A DNA stretch of 64,000 bases, from positions 3,431 through 67,430 of the forward strand of contig JADJMI010000018.1 in assembly GCA_016709665.1 (NCBI GenBank). Reading direction: 5' to 3'. This stretch comes from Betaproteobacteria bacterium (GTDB lineage Bacteria > Pseudomonadota > Gammaproteobacteria > Burkholderiales > Usitatibacteraceae). A program made the translations under genes and the position numbers. Numbering within the stretch: the stretch's first letter is position 1; each line of letters starts with the position of its first letter. The notes under the pieces are model-generated. The model was given only the letters and a program-made list of their open reading frames with translations. It searched no databases and was not told the DNA's origin. Positions 1 to 10,096 of this stretch are shown here, in pieces.

Positions 1-1340
1 GCAACATGCTCTGCTATACGGCGGCGGGCGCGGCCGGCGCGGGCAGTTCCAATCTCGCGCTCGGGGGCTTCACCGATTCGATCCCGCTCTACATGTCGGA
101 CCCGGGCAGCGGCAACGAGATCGCGGGCCACCGGCGCTGGATCCTGCATTCGCGCAAGTCGAGCTTCGGTCTCGGGCAGGCTTCGGGCGGCACCAATGCG
201 AACGCGCTCGAGGTCTTCAATTCCGGCGCCGCGGCGCCTTCGCTGCCCAACGGCATCCCGTGGCCTCCGCGCGGCTACGTGCCCCTCGCGATCTTTCCCG
301 CATCCCTTCGCTGGTCGTTCGGCCTGCCGGGCGCCAACTTCGCCGCGGCCAACGTCACGATGAGCGTGAACGGCAACCCGCTCGCGGCCACGGTGATCTC
401 GCGAACCGCCAACGGCTACGGCGACAACACGATCGTCTGGTCGCTGCCGGGCGGGCATTCGGTGACGAAGGGTTCGGTGTACACGGTGGCCATCTCGGGC
501 ATCACCGGCGCGGCCTCGTCCACCTATGCATACGAGGTGCGCCCCATCGACCCCGCGGACACGGTGCTGCCGCCTTCACGCCTGGGGAACATCTCCACGC
601 GCATGCAGGTGCTCACGGGCAACGACGTGCTGATCGGCGGCTTCATCATCCAGGGCGCGGCGGCCAAGCAGGTGGTCGTGCGCGCGCGCGGCCCTTCGCT
701 CGTGCCTTTCGGCATCGCCAACGCCATCGCCAACCCGCGGCTCGAGCTGTACTCGGGCCCGACGGTGATCGCCTCGAACGACGATTGGGGCGCCGCCGGC
801 AACGCCGCGGCGCTGCAGGCGACGGGCTTCGCGCCGTCGAGCGCGCAGGAAGCGGCGATTCTCACCACGCTAGCCCCGGGCGCCTACACCGCGATCGTCT
901 CGGGCGTGGGCAACACGACGGGGGTGGGCATCGTCGAGGTGTTCGAGGTGGACTTGCCCGACTCGCCGCTCGCCAACATCTCCACGCGCGGGCAGGTGCT
1001 CACCGGCAACGACGTGATGATCGGCGGTTTCGTGATCCAGGGGCAGAGCCCGCAGACGGTGGTGATCCGCGCGCGGGGCCCTTCGCTTGCCGCGGCCGGC
1101 ATCCCCAATCCGCTCGCCAATCCGGTGCTGCAGCTCTTTTCGGGGGCGACCGTGATCGCGAGCAACGACGACTGGGGCACGGCGGCCAATGCCGCGATCG
1201 TCCAGTCGAGCGGGTTCGCGCCTTCGAACGCGTTGGAGTCCGCCATCCGGATCACGCTCAACCCGGGGGCCTATACGGCCATCGTCACAGGGACCGGCGG
1301 CGGAACGGGGGTGGGTATCATCGAGGTATTCGCCCAGTAA
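1..1340 (+). CDS. Secreted protein, 5' end cut by window edge; possible CAP/SCP-like head plus C-terminal twin NISTR...EVF module
   Basis: ORF 6..1340 is open to the window edge. Two tandem ~125-aa repeats start at ~578 (LGNISTRMQVLTGNDVLIGGF... then LANISTRGQVLTGNDVMIGGF...) and end GVGIIEVFAQ-stop. The same module recurs in 9 other ORFs here. The head call rests only on a GHRRWIL-type motif and is weak. Confidence 0.8.
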   Translation, partial: NMLCYTAAGAAGAGSSNLALGGFTDSIPLYMSDPGSGNEIAGHRRWILHSRKSSFGLGQASGGTNANALEVFNSGAAAPSLPNGIPWPPRGYVPLAIFPASLRWSFGLPGANFAAANVTMSVNGNPLAATVISRTANGYGDNTIVWSLPGGHSVTKGSVYTVAISGITGAASSTYAYEVRPIDPADTVLPPSRLGNISTRMQVLTGNDVLIGGFIIQGAAAKQVVVRARGPSLVPFGIANAIANPRLELYSGPTVIASNDDWGAAGNAAALQATGFAPSSAQEAAILTTLAPGAYTAIVSGVGNTTGVGIVEVFEVDLPDSPLANISTRGQVLTGNDVMIGGFVIQGQSPQTVVIRARGPSLAAAGIPNPLANPVLQLFSGATVIASNDDWGTAANAAIVQSSGFAPSNALESAIRITLNPGAYTAIVTGTGGGTGVGIIEVFAQ

Positions 1341-1346
1341 CCCCGC

Positions 1347-1514
1347 TGAAGGGGACGCACACCTTCCTGAAGGGGACGCACACATTCAGGGCCCCTGAAG
1401 GGGACGCACACCTTCAGCGCCGGTGAAGGTGTGCGTCCCCTTCAGCTTCGGTGAAGGTGTGCGTCCCCTTCAGGCTTTGCCTAATCCCGGCGCAAGGGGT
1501 AGCGTCCCCCTTGC
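1347..1514. repeat. REP/BIME-like cluster 1: 21-nt hairpin unit TGAAGGGGACGCACACCTTCA, 3 direct + 2 inverted copies plus one degenerate hairpin copy
   Basis: Copies at 1347-1366, 1368-1388 and 1396-1416 (forward) and 1424-1444 and 1452-1472 (reverse). A degenerate GCAAGGGGTAGCGTCCCCCTTGC copy lies at 1492-1514. The unit has self-complementary ends TGAAGG/CCTTCA. The cluster starts 6 nt after the stop of the upstream gene. Confidence 0.9.
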
Positions 1515-1534
1515 CACGAACCCGGAGCCCGCCC

Positions 1535-4455
1535 ATGACGCCCGCCGCCCGTCTCGCCCGAGGTCTCGCATCGATCCTCGCCTGCACGGGCCTCGCCGCC
1601 GCCCAGGCCGCCACCTTCACCGTCACCTCCACGGCCGACAGCGGCGCGGGCACCCTGCGCGCGGCCGTGACCAGCGCCAACGCTTCGCCCGGGTCGGACG
1701 TAATCGATTTCAACCTCGCCGGTTGCCCCTGCACGATCACCCTCAACTCGACGATCACCATCAGCGACACCCTCGACGTCATCGGCCCGGGACGCAACGT
1801 GCTGGTGGTGACCGCCGCCAATAGCGTGCGCCCCTTTACCGCGGGCCTGGCGACGATCCGCTTCCAGGGCCTTCGGTTCGACGGCACGGACAACCTGTTC
1901 GATGGCGGCGTGATCTTCTCGACGGGCGTCGTCGACCTCCTCGACGTGGCGTTCACCGGCAACGCCGGCCGTGACGGCGGGGCCGTCCGTGCCCAATTCG
2001 CCACGATCACCGATTCGCTCTTCGAGGACAATTCCGCCATAAACGGCGGGGCGCTCTGGCTGCTCGCCGGCGGCATCATCCAGAACACCGAGTTCAGGAG
2101 CAACATCTCCGCCGGCCCCGCCATCGGCGGAGGCGCCGTGTACATTGGCGACGGCAGCTCCTCTTTCACCGTCACCGGATCGACCTTCACCGGCAATACG
2201 AGTTCCGAGAACGGTGGCGCGATCTACGGCGGATTGGACAGCCAAATGTCGATCAGCCAATCGACGTTCACCGGCAATTCGGCGCAGCGCTGGGGCGGGG
2301 CGATCATCGCTCTCGGCGGGATGGAGCTCGTCGGCGGCACGCTCAGCGCCAACGTGGCCGGCCTGCGCGGCGGCGCGGTCTACACGGTCCCCACGCGTCC
2401 CGTGAGAATTACCGAGACGATTTTCGAGGCGAACCAGGCCGGCCAGCACGGTGGCGCAGTCTACGGGACCCCGGCGGGGGTCAACATCCTCGACGCGAGC
2501 CGCTCGATCTTCCGGAACAACGTCGCGGGTACCGTCACCGCGACCGGCCAGGGCGGGGCCTTCTACTCGGCGTCCGGCGGGCTTCGCGTCCGCAACTCGC
2601 TCCTCGCGGGGAACACGGCGGCGAGCGGCCAGGGGCTCGCCGTGTGGGGCGGGGGCACCCCGCTCTCGCTCATCCACGTCACGATCGCCAACGGCGGCTC
2701 GACGCTGGCCGGATCGGCGATCACCGCGGCGACGACCCCGATCGATTTCGCGAACAGCGTCGTCGCCGACCACGCGACGGCCCTCACGCTCGCCGCGGGC
2801 AGCGCCGCGCCCGACCGCGTCCTCGTGTGGAACACCGGCGGCCCGGCCCCCGCCTTCGTCGCGCAGGGCGCCGCGACGATCGACACCTCGCTCGTCACGA
2901 CCGGCGATCCCGTCTTCGTGAACGCGGCCGGCGGCGACTACCACCTGGGCGTGGGCTCGGCCGCCGTGAATCTCTCGCCCACCGCGCGCGAAGCTTCGGA
3001 CTACGACGGCGACAGCCGCCCGCAGGGTGCGGGACACGACGCGGGCTTCGACGAGCGCGCGCCGGGCGCCCAGTCGATCACGTTCGCCCCGCTCGCCGAC
3101 CGCCCCGTGAACGATGCGCCCTTCGCCGTCTCGGCCACGGCCTCCTCGGGCCTGGCTGTGACCTTCTCGTCGTCGACGCCCTCGGTGTGCACGGTGTCCG
3201 GCGCCACGGTGACCCTGCTGGCGGTCGGCAACTGCACGGTCGCGGCGAACCAGGCAGGCGACGTTTTCTGGGCGGCGGCGGCGCCGGTGGCGCGTACCTT
3301 CGCGGTGAACAAGCTGGCGCAGTCGATCACCTTCGCCGCCCTCGCCGACCGCACGCTGGGCGACGCGCCTTTCGGCTTGACGGCCACCGCCTCTTCGGGG
3401 CTCGCGGTGACATTCTCGTCCACGACGACCCCGGTTTGCACGGTGTCGGGCGCCACCGTGCGCGCCCGTCGCCAACGGTCGCAGTCGATCACCTTCGCCG
3501 CCGCCGCCGACCCAGCCGGGCGACGCCGGACCCCCGCCTCTTCGGCCGCGCATTCTCGTCCCGACGCGGTTTCACGGTGTCGGGCGCCACCGTGACGCTC
3601 GTCGCCACCGGAACCTGCACCGTCGCCGCCGACCAGCCGGGCGACGCCACCTATCTCTCGGGGGGGGGCGCGGTGGCGAGCGCCAACCCGCCGCGCCTGG
3701 CGAACATCTCCGCGCGGATGCAGGTGCTCGCGGGGGCGGACGTGCTCATCGGCGGGTTCATCATCGGCGGCTCGCAGGCCAAGACGGTCGTGGTGCGGGC
3801 GCGGGGCCCTTCGCTCGTTGCCGCTGGCGTGCCCGATGCACTCGCGAACCCGGTACTGCAGCTCTTCGCGGGCTCGACGCCGGTCGAGGCGAACGACAAC
3901 TGGAAGGAGGCGGTGAACCAGGCGGCCATCCAGTCATCGGGCTTCGCGCCATCGAGCGATTTCGAGTCGGCCATCCTCACGACGCTCGCCCCGGGCGCCT
4001 ACACCGCCATCGTCTCGGGCGCCGGCGGCGGGACGGGGGTGGGGATCATCGAGGTGTTCGAGGTGGACCTGCCGCTCGTGCCGCTCGTCAACATCGCCAC
4101 GCGCGGGAAGGTGCTCACGGATGCCGACGTGATGATCGGCGGCTTCATCGTCCAGGGCGACGGGCCGCAGACGGTGATCGTGCGCGCCCGCGGGCCTTCG
4201 CTCACGGCGGCGGGCGTTCCCGGCGCGCTGCAGGATCCGGTGCTGCAGCTCCTTTCAGGGGCGGCCGTGATCGCGAGCAACGACGACTGGCCGTCGAGCC
4301 CGGATGCGGCCGCAATCCAGTCGGCCGGATTCGCGCCAAGCGACGTGCGCGAGTCGGTGATCCGCATCACCCTGAGCCCCGGGGCCTACACGGCCATCGT
4401 CACGGGCAAGAACGGCACCACCGGCGTGGGTATCATCGAGGTCTTCGCCCAGTAG
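1535..4455 (+). pseudogene. Secreted beta-helix (Pmp/adhesin-like) protein with Ig-like repeats and twin NISTR...EVF module; frame broken at ~3455-3545
   Basis: Signal peptide MTPAARLARGLASILACTGLAAAQA, then TVTSTADSGAGTLRAAV and more than 10 GGA[IVLF][YW] repeats. Three QSITF...VSGATV units follow. The reading frame switches from that of ORF 1451..3595 to that of ORF 2644..4455 within a scrambled repeat junction. The twin module at ~3694..4452 ends GVGIIEVFAQ-stop. Confidence 0.8.
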
Positions 4456-4461
4456 CCATCC

Positions 4462-4538
4462 TGAAGGGGACGCACCCCTTCAGCACCGGTGAATGTGTGC
4501 GTCCCCTTCAGCTTCGGTGAAGGTGTGCGTCCCCTTCA
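4462..4538. repeat. REP/BIME-like cluster 2 (1 direct + 2 inverted copies)
   Basis: TGAAGGGGACGCACCCCTTCA at 4462-4482, with reverse copies at 4490-4510 and 4518-4538. The cluster begins 6 nt after the stop codon at 4455. Confidence 0.9.
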
Positions 4539-4559
4539 GCCTTCAGCTTGAGGAACCCC

Positions 4560-4901
4560 ATGAACACGGACCTCGATTCCCTCTCCACCGCCGATCTCGA
4601 CGCCCTCATCGCCCGCGCCATCCACGCGCGCACGAAGCGAGGCGAGCCGCACCCCGACAAGCCACCCCAGGAATTCGAGGCGACGCTCAACCCGGCGTGG
4701 TTCGTGTTCCTGGCGGGGGCCGACTCGATCGTGCAGTTCCGCCACGCGGGCGCCGGCTGGATCTCGGTGGCCATCCCGCCGCCGGAGCGCGCGCACCTCG
4801 CGACGATGCTCACGCACCACGCGCTGCTCGCCCCGCCGCCGCCCCAGCCGGCGCAGGCGCCGCCATCCCTCGCGAGCGGAGGGGGCGGGAAGGTCCACTA
4901 G
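4560..4901 (+). CDS. Hypothetical small protein (113 aa)
   Basis: ATG at 4560 is preceded by GAGGAA. The ORF track frame runs 4548..4901. The C-terminus is Pro/Ala-rich and I recognise no motif. It converges on the GT2 gene. Confidence 0.4.
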   Translation: MNTDLDSLSTADLDALIARAIHARTKRGEPHPDKPPQEFEATLNPAWFVFLAGADSIVQFRHAGAGWISVAIPPPERAHLATMLTHHALLAPPPPQPAQAPPSLASGGGGKVH

Positions 4902-4907
4902 GAAGGC

Positions 4908-7214
4908 CTACCTCGGCCGGAAGGGCTCCACCCGCGGCGGCCACGCGAGCGTGAAGGGCTCGCCCGACAGCGTGAGGTTCGGGTTGTAGTACGGGTCGTA
5001 CATCAGCTTCGCCATCCAGCGCTCCCGAAGCAGGTCCGCCTCCTTCTGGAAGCGCTTCAACTTCTCCGGCGTGTCCTCGTAGCCGCGCGTGGCGCTCTCG
5101 TGGTGGTAGAGCTCCGCGTAGGGCGTGTAGAGGTTGCGGTAGCCCGCCGCGTCGATCTTCAGGCACAGGTCCACGTCGTTGAAGGCGACGGCCAGCTTCT
5201 CGTCGAACCCGCCCGCCTTCTCGAACACTTCCCGTCGCATCGCGAGGCAGGCAGCCGTCACGCCCGAGAGCGACTGCAGCAGGTTCGCGCGGCTGAAGTA
5301 GCCGTTGTCGCCCTTCGGCTTGCCCAGGTGCGCGTGCGCCGCGAGGCCGGCCACGAGCACGAGGCCCGCATGCTGGATGGTGTCGTTCGGGTACCACAGC
5401 TTCGCGCCCACGCCGCCGATCTCCGGACGCAGCGCGTGCGAGACCATCTCGGCGAGCCACTCCGGCGCGATCACCTCGATGTCGTTGTTCATGAAGACGA
5501 GGATCGCGCCCTTCGCCTGCTTCGCCGCGTCGTTGTTGAGGCGGGAGAAGTTGAAGGGCTTCGGGTCCTTCAGCAGGCGCACCGTGCCCGCCTTCGCGAG
5601 GGCCTCGAAGTAGCGGATGGCGCCCGGGTCGTCGCTGCCGTTGTCGACGAGAAGGATCTCGCGGTTCGCGTAGGTGGTCTTCGCCTGGATGCTCTCGACG
5701 CACTGGCGCACCAGCTTCTCGCCGTTGCGCGTCGGGATGATGATCGAGGCGAGCGGCGGGTCGTCCGGCAGGCGGTAGCGCACGCGCTGCACGGCGACGG
5801 GGACCGTCTCGACGGTCGCGGCGACGCCCCGGCGGTCCAGGTGTTCCTGCACGGCCTTTCGCGCGCGTTCGGCGGCGTAGTCCTTCTCGCCCGCGGCCAC
5901 CGCCGTGCTGCCGACGATCATGCGCCAGTGATAGAGGATGCGCGGGATGTGGCGGATCTGCCGCGCCTCGATCCGCTCGATGAACCGGAGCGCGAGGTCG
6001 TAGTCCTGCGCGCCCTCGAAGCCCTCGCGGAAGCCGCCGATGTCGCGCACGATGTCGGCGCGGTAGACGCCCAGGTGCGTGATGAGATTGTGGGAAAGGA
6101 AGAGGTCCGGGTTCCAGTCGCACTTGAAGTAGGCGTTGGTGCGCTCGCCGTCGAAGCCGAGCTTGTCCTCGTCCGAATAGAGGAGCGCGGCGTCCGGGTG
6201 CTCGTCGATCTCGCGCGCGACCCAGTAGAGGGCGTCGGGCGGGATCGTGTCGTCGTGATCGAGGAGCGCGACGTAGACCCCCGTGGCGAGCGCGAGCGCC
6301 GTGTTGGAAGCGGCGCTGATGTGGCCGTTGCGTTCGCGCCACGCCACCTTGATGCGCGGATCCTTCGTGCGGTATTCCTCCACCACCGCGCGCACGTGCG
6401 GGGCCGTCGAGGCGTCGTCGGCGAGGCACAGCTCCCACTTCGGGTACGCCTGGGCGAGCACCGAATCGATCATCGCCCGCAGGGTCGCCTCCGGCGTGTT
6501 GTAGAGCGGCGTGATGAAGCTGAAGGTGATCGGGCGCGCGAAGGCCGCGGAATCGGCGGCCATCGAAGCGAGCTGCTCGGGCGATGCGGTCGAGAACTGC
6601 CTCACCCAGTCCGGGTAGGCGCCGACGCTCGCGCGGGCATGGTTGGTGAGCGCCCAGAAGGCCGATTCCCACAGGGCCTTCGGGCCACGCGAGAAGAGCA
6701 CCTGCAATCCGAGGCGGAACCACACCCACAGCTGCTTCGGCGAGAGGCGGCCGATCACGCGCGCCATGTCCCGAACCGTGTCGAACCGGCGGTGGTTTCC
6801 GGGCAGTTCGTCGATCGACAGGCCGTCACACGCGAATTCGCAGGGATAGATGCTCGGATCGAAGCGGAAATGGTCGACGCCGTCGGAGATGAGCACCTCG
6901 GCGCGGTAGTACTCGCCGTCGTGCTCGAGCTCCACCGCGCGCGATTCCGCGTAGCCGCCCTTCGGGAAGGGGATGTAGACCCGCGGGCCGGCGAGGCGGC
7001 CGCTGCGCTCCACGATGCGCGTGCGGATCACGTACCAGCCGGGCTTGAGCTTGCCCGTGCCCTTCGGCGGGCGCGCGATGAACGCCGGATCGCTCGATGT
7101 GGCGCGCCAGAAGGCGCCTGCCTGCGACGGGACCCGGACGGGGTCCTTCTTCATCGGGCGGATCGTGAGGTCGAGACTCAAGGGGTGCGCGGGGCCGGAA
7201 TTGTTGCAGCGCAC
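4908..7214 (-). CDS. Glycosyltransferase family 2 protein with two GT-A domains
   Basis: Two GT2 signatures are present: ITFSFITPLYNTPEATLRAMIDSVLAQAYPKWELCLADDAS ... LDHDD, and ASIIIPTRNGEKLVRQCVESIQAKTTYANREILLVDNGSDD ... NNDIEV. The start is either GTG at 7214 or ATG at 7154 (MKKDP). Confidence 0.85.
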   Translation of the reverse strand: MRCNNSGPAHPLSLDLTIRPMKKDPVRVPSQAGAFWRATSSDPAFIARPPKGTGKLKPGWYVIRTRIVERSGRLAGPRVYIPFPKGGYAESRAVELEHDGEYYRAEVLISDGVDHFRFDPSIYPCEFACDGLSIDELPGNHRRFDTVRDMARVIGRLSPKQLWVWFRLGLQVLFSRGPKALWESAFWALTNHARASVGAYPDWVRQFSTASPEQLASMAADSAAFARPITFSFITPLYNTPEATLRAMIDSVLAQAYPKWELCLADDASTAPHVRAVVEEYRTKDPRIKVAWRERNGHISAASNTALALATGVYVALLDHDDTIPPDALYWVAREIDEHPDAALLYSDEDKLGFDGERTNAYFKCDWNPDLFLSHNLITHLGVYRADIVRDIGGFREGFEGAQDYDLALRFIERIEARQIRHIPRILYHWRMIVGSTAVAAGEKDYAAERARKAVQEHLDRRGVAATVETVPVAVQRVRYRLPDDPPLASIIIPTRNGEKLVRQCVESIQAKTTYANREILLVDNGSDDPGAIRYFEALAKAGTVRLLKDPKPFNFSRLNNDAAKQAKGAILVFMNNDIEVIAPEWLAEMVSHALRPEIGGVGAKLWYPNDTIQHAGLVLVAGLAAHAHLGKPKGDNGYFSRANLLQSLSGVTAACLAMRREVFEKAGGFDEKLAVAFNDVDLCLKIDAAGYRNLYTPYAELYHHESATRGYEDTPEKLKRFQKEADLLRERWMAKLMYDPYYNPNLTLSGEPFTLAWPPRVEPFRPR

Positions 7215-7228
7215 ATATTACCGGGCTC

Positions 7229-7361
7229 CGAAGGGGACGCACACATTCAGTTTCGGTGAAGGGGACGCACGCCTTTACCTGTCCTGAAGGTGTGCGTCCC
7301 CTTCAGGGGGCCTGAAGGTGTGCGTCCCCTTCAGGGGGCCTGAAGGTGTGCGTCCCCTTCA
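7229..7361. repeat. REP/BIME-like cluster 3 (2 direct + 3 inverted copies)
   Basis: Copies at 7229-7249 and 7257-7277 (forward, degenerate) and at 7285-7305, 7313-7333 and 7341-7361 (reverse, identical TGAAGGTGTGCGTCCCCTTCA). The cluster ends 5 nt from the stop (7367-7369) of the minus-strand twin-module gene. Confidence 0.9.
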
Positions 7362-7366
7362 GGGGG

Positions 7367-9955
7367 TTACTGCGCGAAGGCCTCGATGATGCCCACGCCG
7401 GTGGTGCCGTTCTTGCCGGAAACGATGGCGGTGTAAGCCCCCGGCGGCAGCGTGATGCGGATCACCGCCTCGCGGGTGTCCGCGGGAGCGAAGCCCGAAG
7501 CCTGGATAGCCGCCACGTCGGCCGGAAGGGTTTGCGCCTGCCAGTCGTCGTTGGTCGCGATCGGCGTCGGGCCGTTGAATAGCTGCAGCACCGGGTCCAT
7601 CAGCGCGTTCGCGATCCCGAAGGGCACCAGGCTCGGACCCCGTGCGCGCACCGTCACCGTCTGCGGGCTTTCCCCTTGGATGATGAAGCCCCCGATCATC
7701 ACGTCGCCCCCCGTGAGCACCTGTCCCCGCGTGGAGATGTTGGCGAGCGGCGCTTCGGGGCGGTCCACCTCGAAGACTTCGACGATTCCAACGCCCGTGA
7801 CGCCACCCACGCCGGAGACCACCGCCGTATAGGCACCCGGCGAAAGCGTGACGAGGATCGCCGATTCCAGCGGGCTCGAAGGCGCGAAACCGGAAGCGGT
7901 GAGATCCGCGGCGTTGGCGGCCGTGCCCCAGTCGTCGCTCGTGGCGATCACGGTCGCCCCCGAAAACAGCTGCATCATCGGGTTCGCCAGGGCGTTGGCG
8001 ATGCCGAAGGGAACGAGCGAAGGGCCTCGTGCGCGCACCACCACCGTCTTCGGTTGCGACCCGCCGATGATGAACCCGCCGATCAGCACGTCGTTCCCGG
8101 TGAGCACCTGCATCCGCGTCGAGATGTTCGCGAGGCGTGAGATCGAAGCATTCAGCCTGAACTGCGCCCCCACGCTCTTCGCCGCATCCATCGTCACGTT
8201 GCAGGCGCCGGTGCCCGTGCACGCGCCCGTCCAGCCATCGAAGAACGAACCGGCGACAGGCGTCGCGGCAAGAGCCACCGAGACGCCCGAATCGAAGTCC
8301 GCATGGCAAGTCGAGCCGCACGCGACCCCGGCCGGCGTCGAAACGACCGACCCGCCACCGCCGCCCGCCTTCGAAACCGCAAGCGTGAAAGTCACGCGCG
8401 CGAAGGTCGCGGTCACGGCCTTCGCGGCATCCATCGTGACGGCGCATGTTCCCGTTCCGGCACAACTCCCGCCCGACCATCCCGAGAAGACCGAGCCGGC
8501 ATCGGCCACGGCGGCTAGCGTGACGACGGTTCGCGAGGCGAACTCGGCCTGGCACATTGCGCCGCAGGCGATCTCGCCCGTGCCGGAGTTCACCGTGCCC
8601 GTGCCGGTTCCGTCCCGCGTGACGGTGAGGGAGAAAGCCAGGGGCGCGGCAATGGCGAACGTGGCCGTGACGCCCTGCGCCTGGCTCATCGTGACGATGC
8701 AAGCCCCGGTGCCGGCACACCCCGCGCCGCTCCAGCCCGCGAAAAGGGACCCCGCCTCCGCCAGCGCCTCGAGCGTGACGGAGGTACCCAGGTCGAAAAC
8801 GTAGGAGCAGGCGGCCCCGCAATCGATGCCGGCAGGTGTCGAGGAGACCGTGCCCGCGCCGTTGCCCGCGCGTGAAAGCGTGAGCGGGAAGGCGATCGGC
8901 GCGTCGAGGGCGAACGTGGCCGTCACGTGGGCGGCGGCGCTCATGGGAACGGTGCAGGTGCCCGTGCCGGCGCAGCCGGCGCCGCTCCAGCCGGTGAAGG
9001 TCGAGCCCGCGTCGGCCGTGGCCGTCAGGGTGATGGGGACATTCGCCGCGAAGGTGCCCCAGCAGGCGGCGCCGCAGGCGATGCCGGCGGGCGCCGAGGT
9101 GACGCCGCCCGAACCGGTGCCGCGACGGTAAACCGACAAGGAGAACGTCGCCGGCGCCTGGGGCAGGAAGGTCGCGCTCACCTGGGTGGCGTTCTCCAAC
9201 GTCACGGTGCACGACCCCGCGCCCGTGCACGCGCCGTTCCAGCCGGCGAACGTGGAGCCCGCCGTGGGTGTCGCGATCAGCGTCACCGTCGTACCCGTCC
9301 CGAAGTCCGCCGCGCAGGTCGCGCCGCAATCGATGACCGGCGGGTCCGAGGAGACGGTGCCCGAGCCCGCCCCGTCCTTCGATACCGACAGCGTGGCCGT
9401 CGGCAGGGCCATCAGGTCCACGTGACCGAAGATGCCGATGAGCGGGCACGACTGGGGCATCGTCGCGGGGTGGAGCGTGATCGTGCCCAGCGGGTTGCCG
9501 GGCGGCACGTACGAAGGCCCGTTCGCGGGGAAGGCGAGGTAGGCGGACGCGCCACTCGCCGCGGGGCAGGCCACGTCGCCGCGCACGATCCAGAAGGGCG
9601 CCACGGTCGTGTCGGCGTAGTAGCCCGCGTCACGCATGCTGAGCACCGCGCCATAGGTGCCGGCCGGAACGTCGGCGTACGGCGCGTAGACGGCCTCGAT
9701 GTCGCAGCCGGCACCGCCCGGGAACGTGATCGCGCCGATGACGGGGCCGGTGTGCGTCTCGATGCGCACGAGCGAAGGCGCCGCCGTGGCGGGCTGGACG
9801 CAGCCCGTGGTGCTGATGAGTTCGCCGCGCGTTCCTTCGTAGAGGTTGGCGGCGACCCGGGTCAGGTTTCCGGAGAAAAACGTGGCGGCTACGGCGATGC
9901 CGGGGGAGGCGAGGGTGATCGCCAGGGCGGCGATCGTGGAGCGGAGCATCTGCAT
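7367..9955 (-). CDS. Secreted protein with five Cys-containing InlB-B-like repeats and twin NISTR...EVF module
   Basis: Signal peptide MQMLRSTIAALAITLASPGIAVA. Five ~75-aa repeats follow the pattern GSGTVSS.P.GI.CG..C...F..G..VTL.A....GS.F.GW.G.C.G.G.C.V.M....V.A.F. The twin module at ~7370..8143 ends GVGIIEAFAQ-stop. Confidence 0.85.
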   Translation of the reverse strand: MQMLRSTIAALAITLASPGIAVAATFFSGNLTRVAANLYEGTRGELISTTGCVQPATAAPSLVRIETHTGPVIGAITFPGGAGCDIEAVYAPYADVPAGTYGAVLSMRDAGYYADTTVAPFWIVRGDVACPAASGASAYLAFPANGPSYVPPGNPLGTITLHPATMPQSCPLIGIFGHVDLMALPTATLSVSKDGAGSGTVSSDPPVIDCGATCAADFGTGTTVTLIATPTAGSTFAGWNGACTGAGSCTVTLENATQVSATFLPQAPATFSLSVYRRGTGSGGVTSAPAGIACGAACWGTFAANVPITLTATADAGSTFTGWSGAGCAGTGTCTVPMSAAAHVTATFALDAPIAFPLTLSRAGNGAGTVSSTPAGIDCGAACSYVFDLGTSVTLEALAEAGSLFAGWSGAGCAGTGACIVTMSQAQGVTATFAIAAPLAFSLTVTRDGTGTGTVNSGTGEIACGAMCQAEFASRTVVTLAAVADAGSVFSGWSGGSCAGTGTCAVTMDAAKAVTATFARVTFTLAVSKAGGGGGSVVSTPAGVACGSTCHADFDSGVSVALAATPVAGSFFDGWTGACTGTGACNVTMDAAKSVGAQFRLNASISRLANISTRMQVLTGNDVLIGGFIIGGSQPKTVVVRARGPSLVPFGIANALANPMMQLFSGATVIATSDDWGTAANAADLTASGFAPSSPLESAILVTLSPGAYTAVVSGVGGVTGVGIVEVFEVDRPEAPLANISTRGQVLTGGDVMIGGFIIQGESPQTVTVRARGPSLVPFGIANALMDPVLQLFNGPTPIATNDDWQAQTLPADVAAIQASGFAPADTREAVIRITLPPGAYTAIVSGKNGTTGVGIIEAFAQ

Positions 9956-10096
9956 TCGGTTCCCGCCGGGCCAGCAACGTCCGGCGGCGATTACCGTTCA
10001 AGCTACGCCTCCCGCAATACACCCAAATGTCGTGGGGATTTCACCCGAAACAGGCGCGGCTCCCCATTCCCGGCCCGCTGGCCCGGAACCTGCCCG

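Noticed and set aside
1347-1472. Possible CRISPR array (regularly spaced short repeats)
   Set aside because: The repeat unit is only 21 nt with 7-8-nt 'spacers', and copies occur in both orientations within a cluster. The same unit is scattered at four intergenic sites. This is REP/BIME architecture, not CRISPR, and no cas genes are present.
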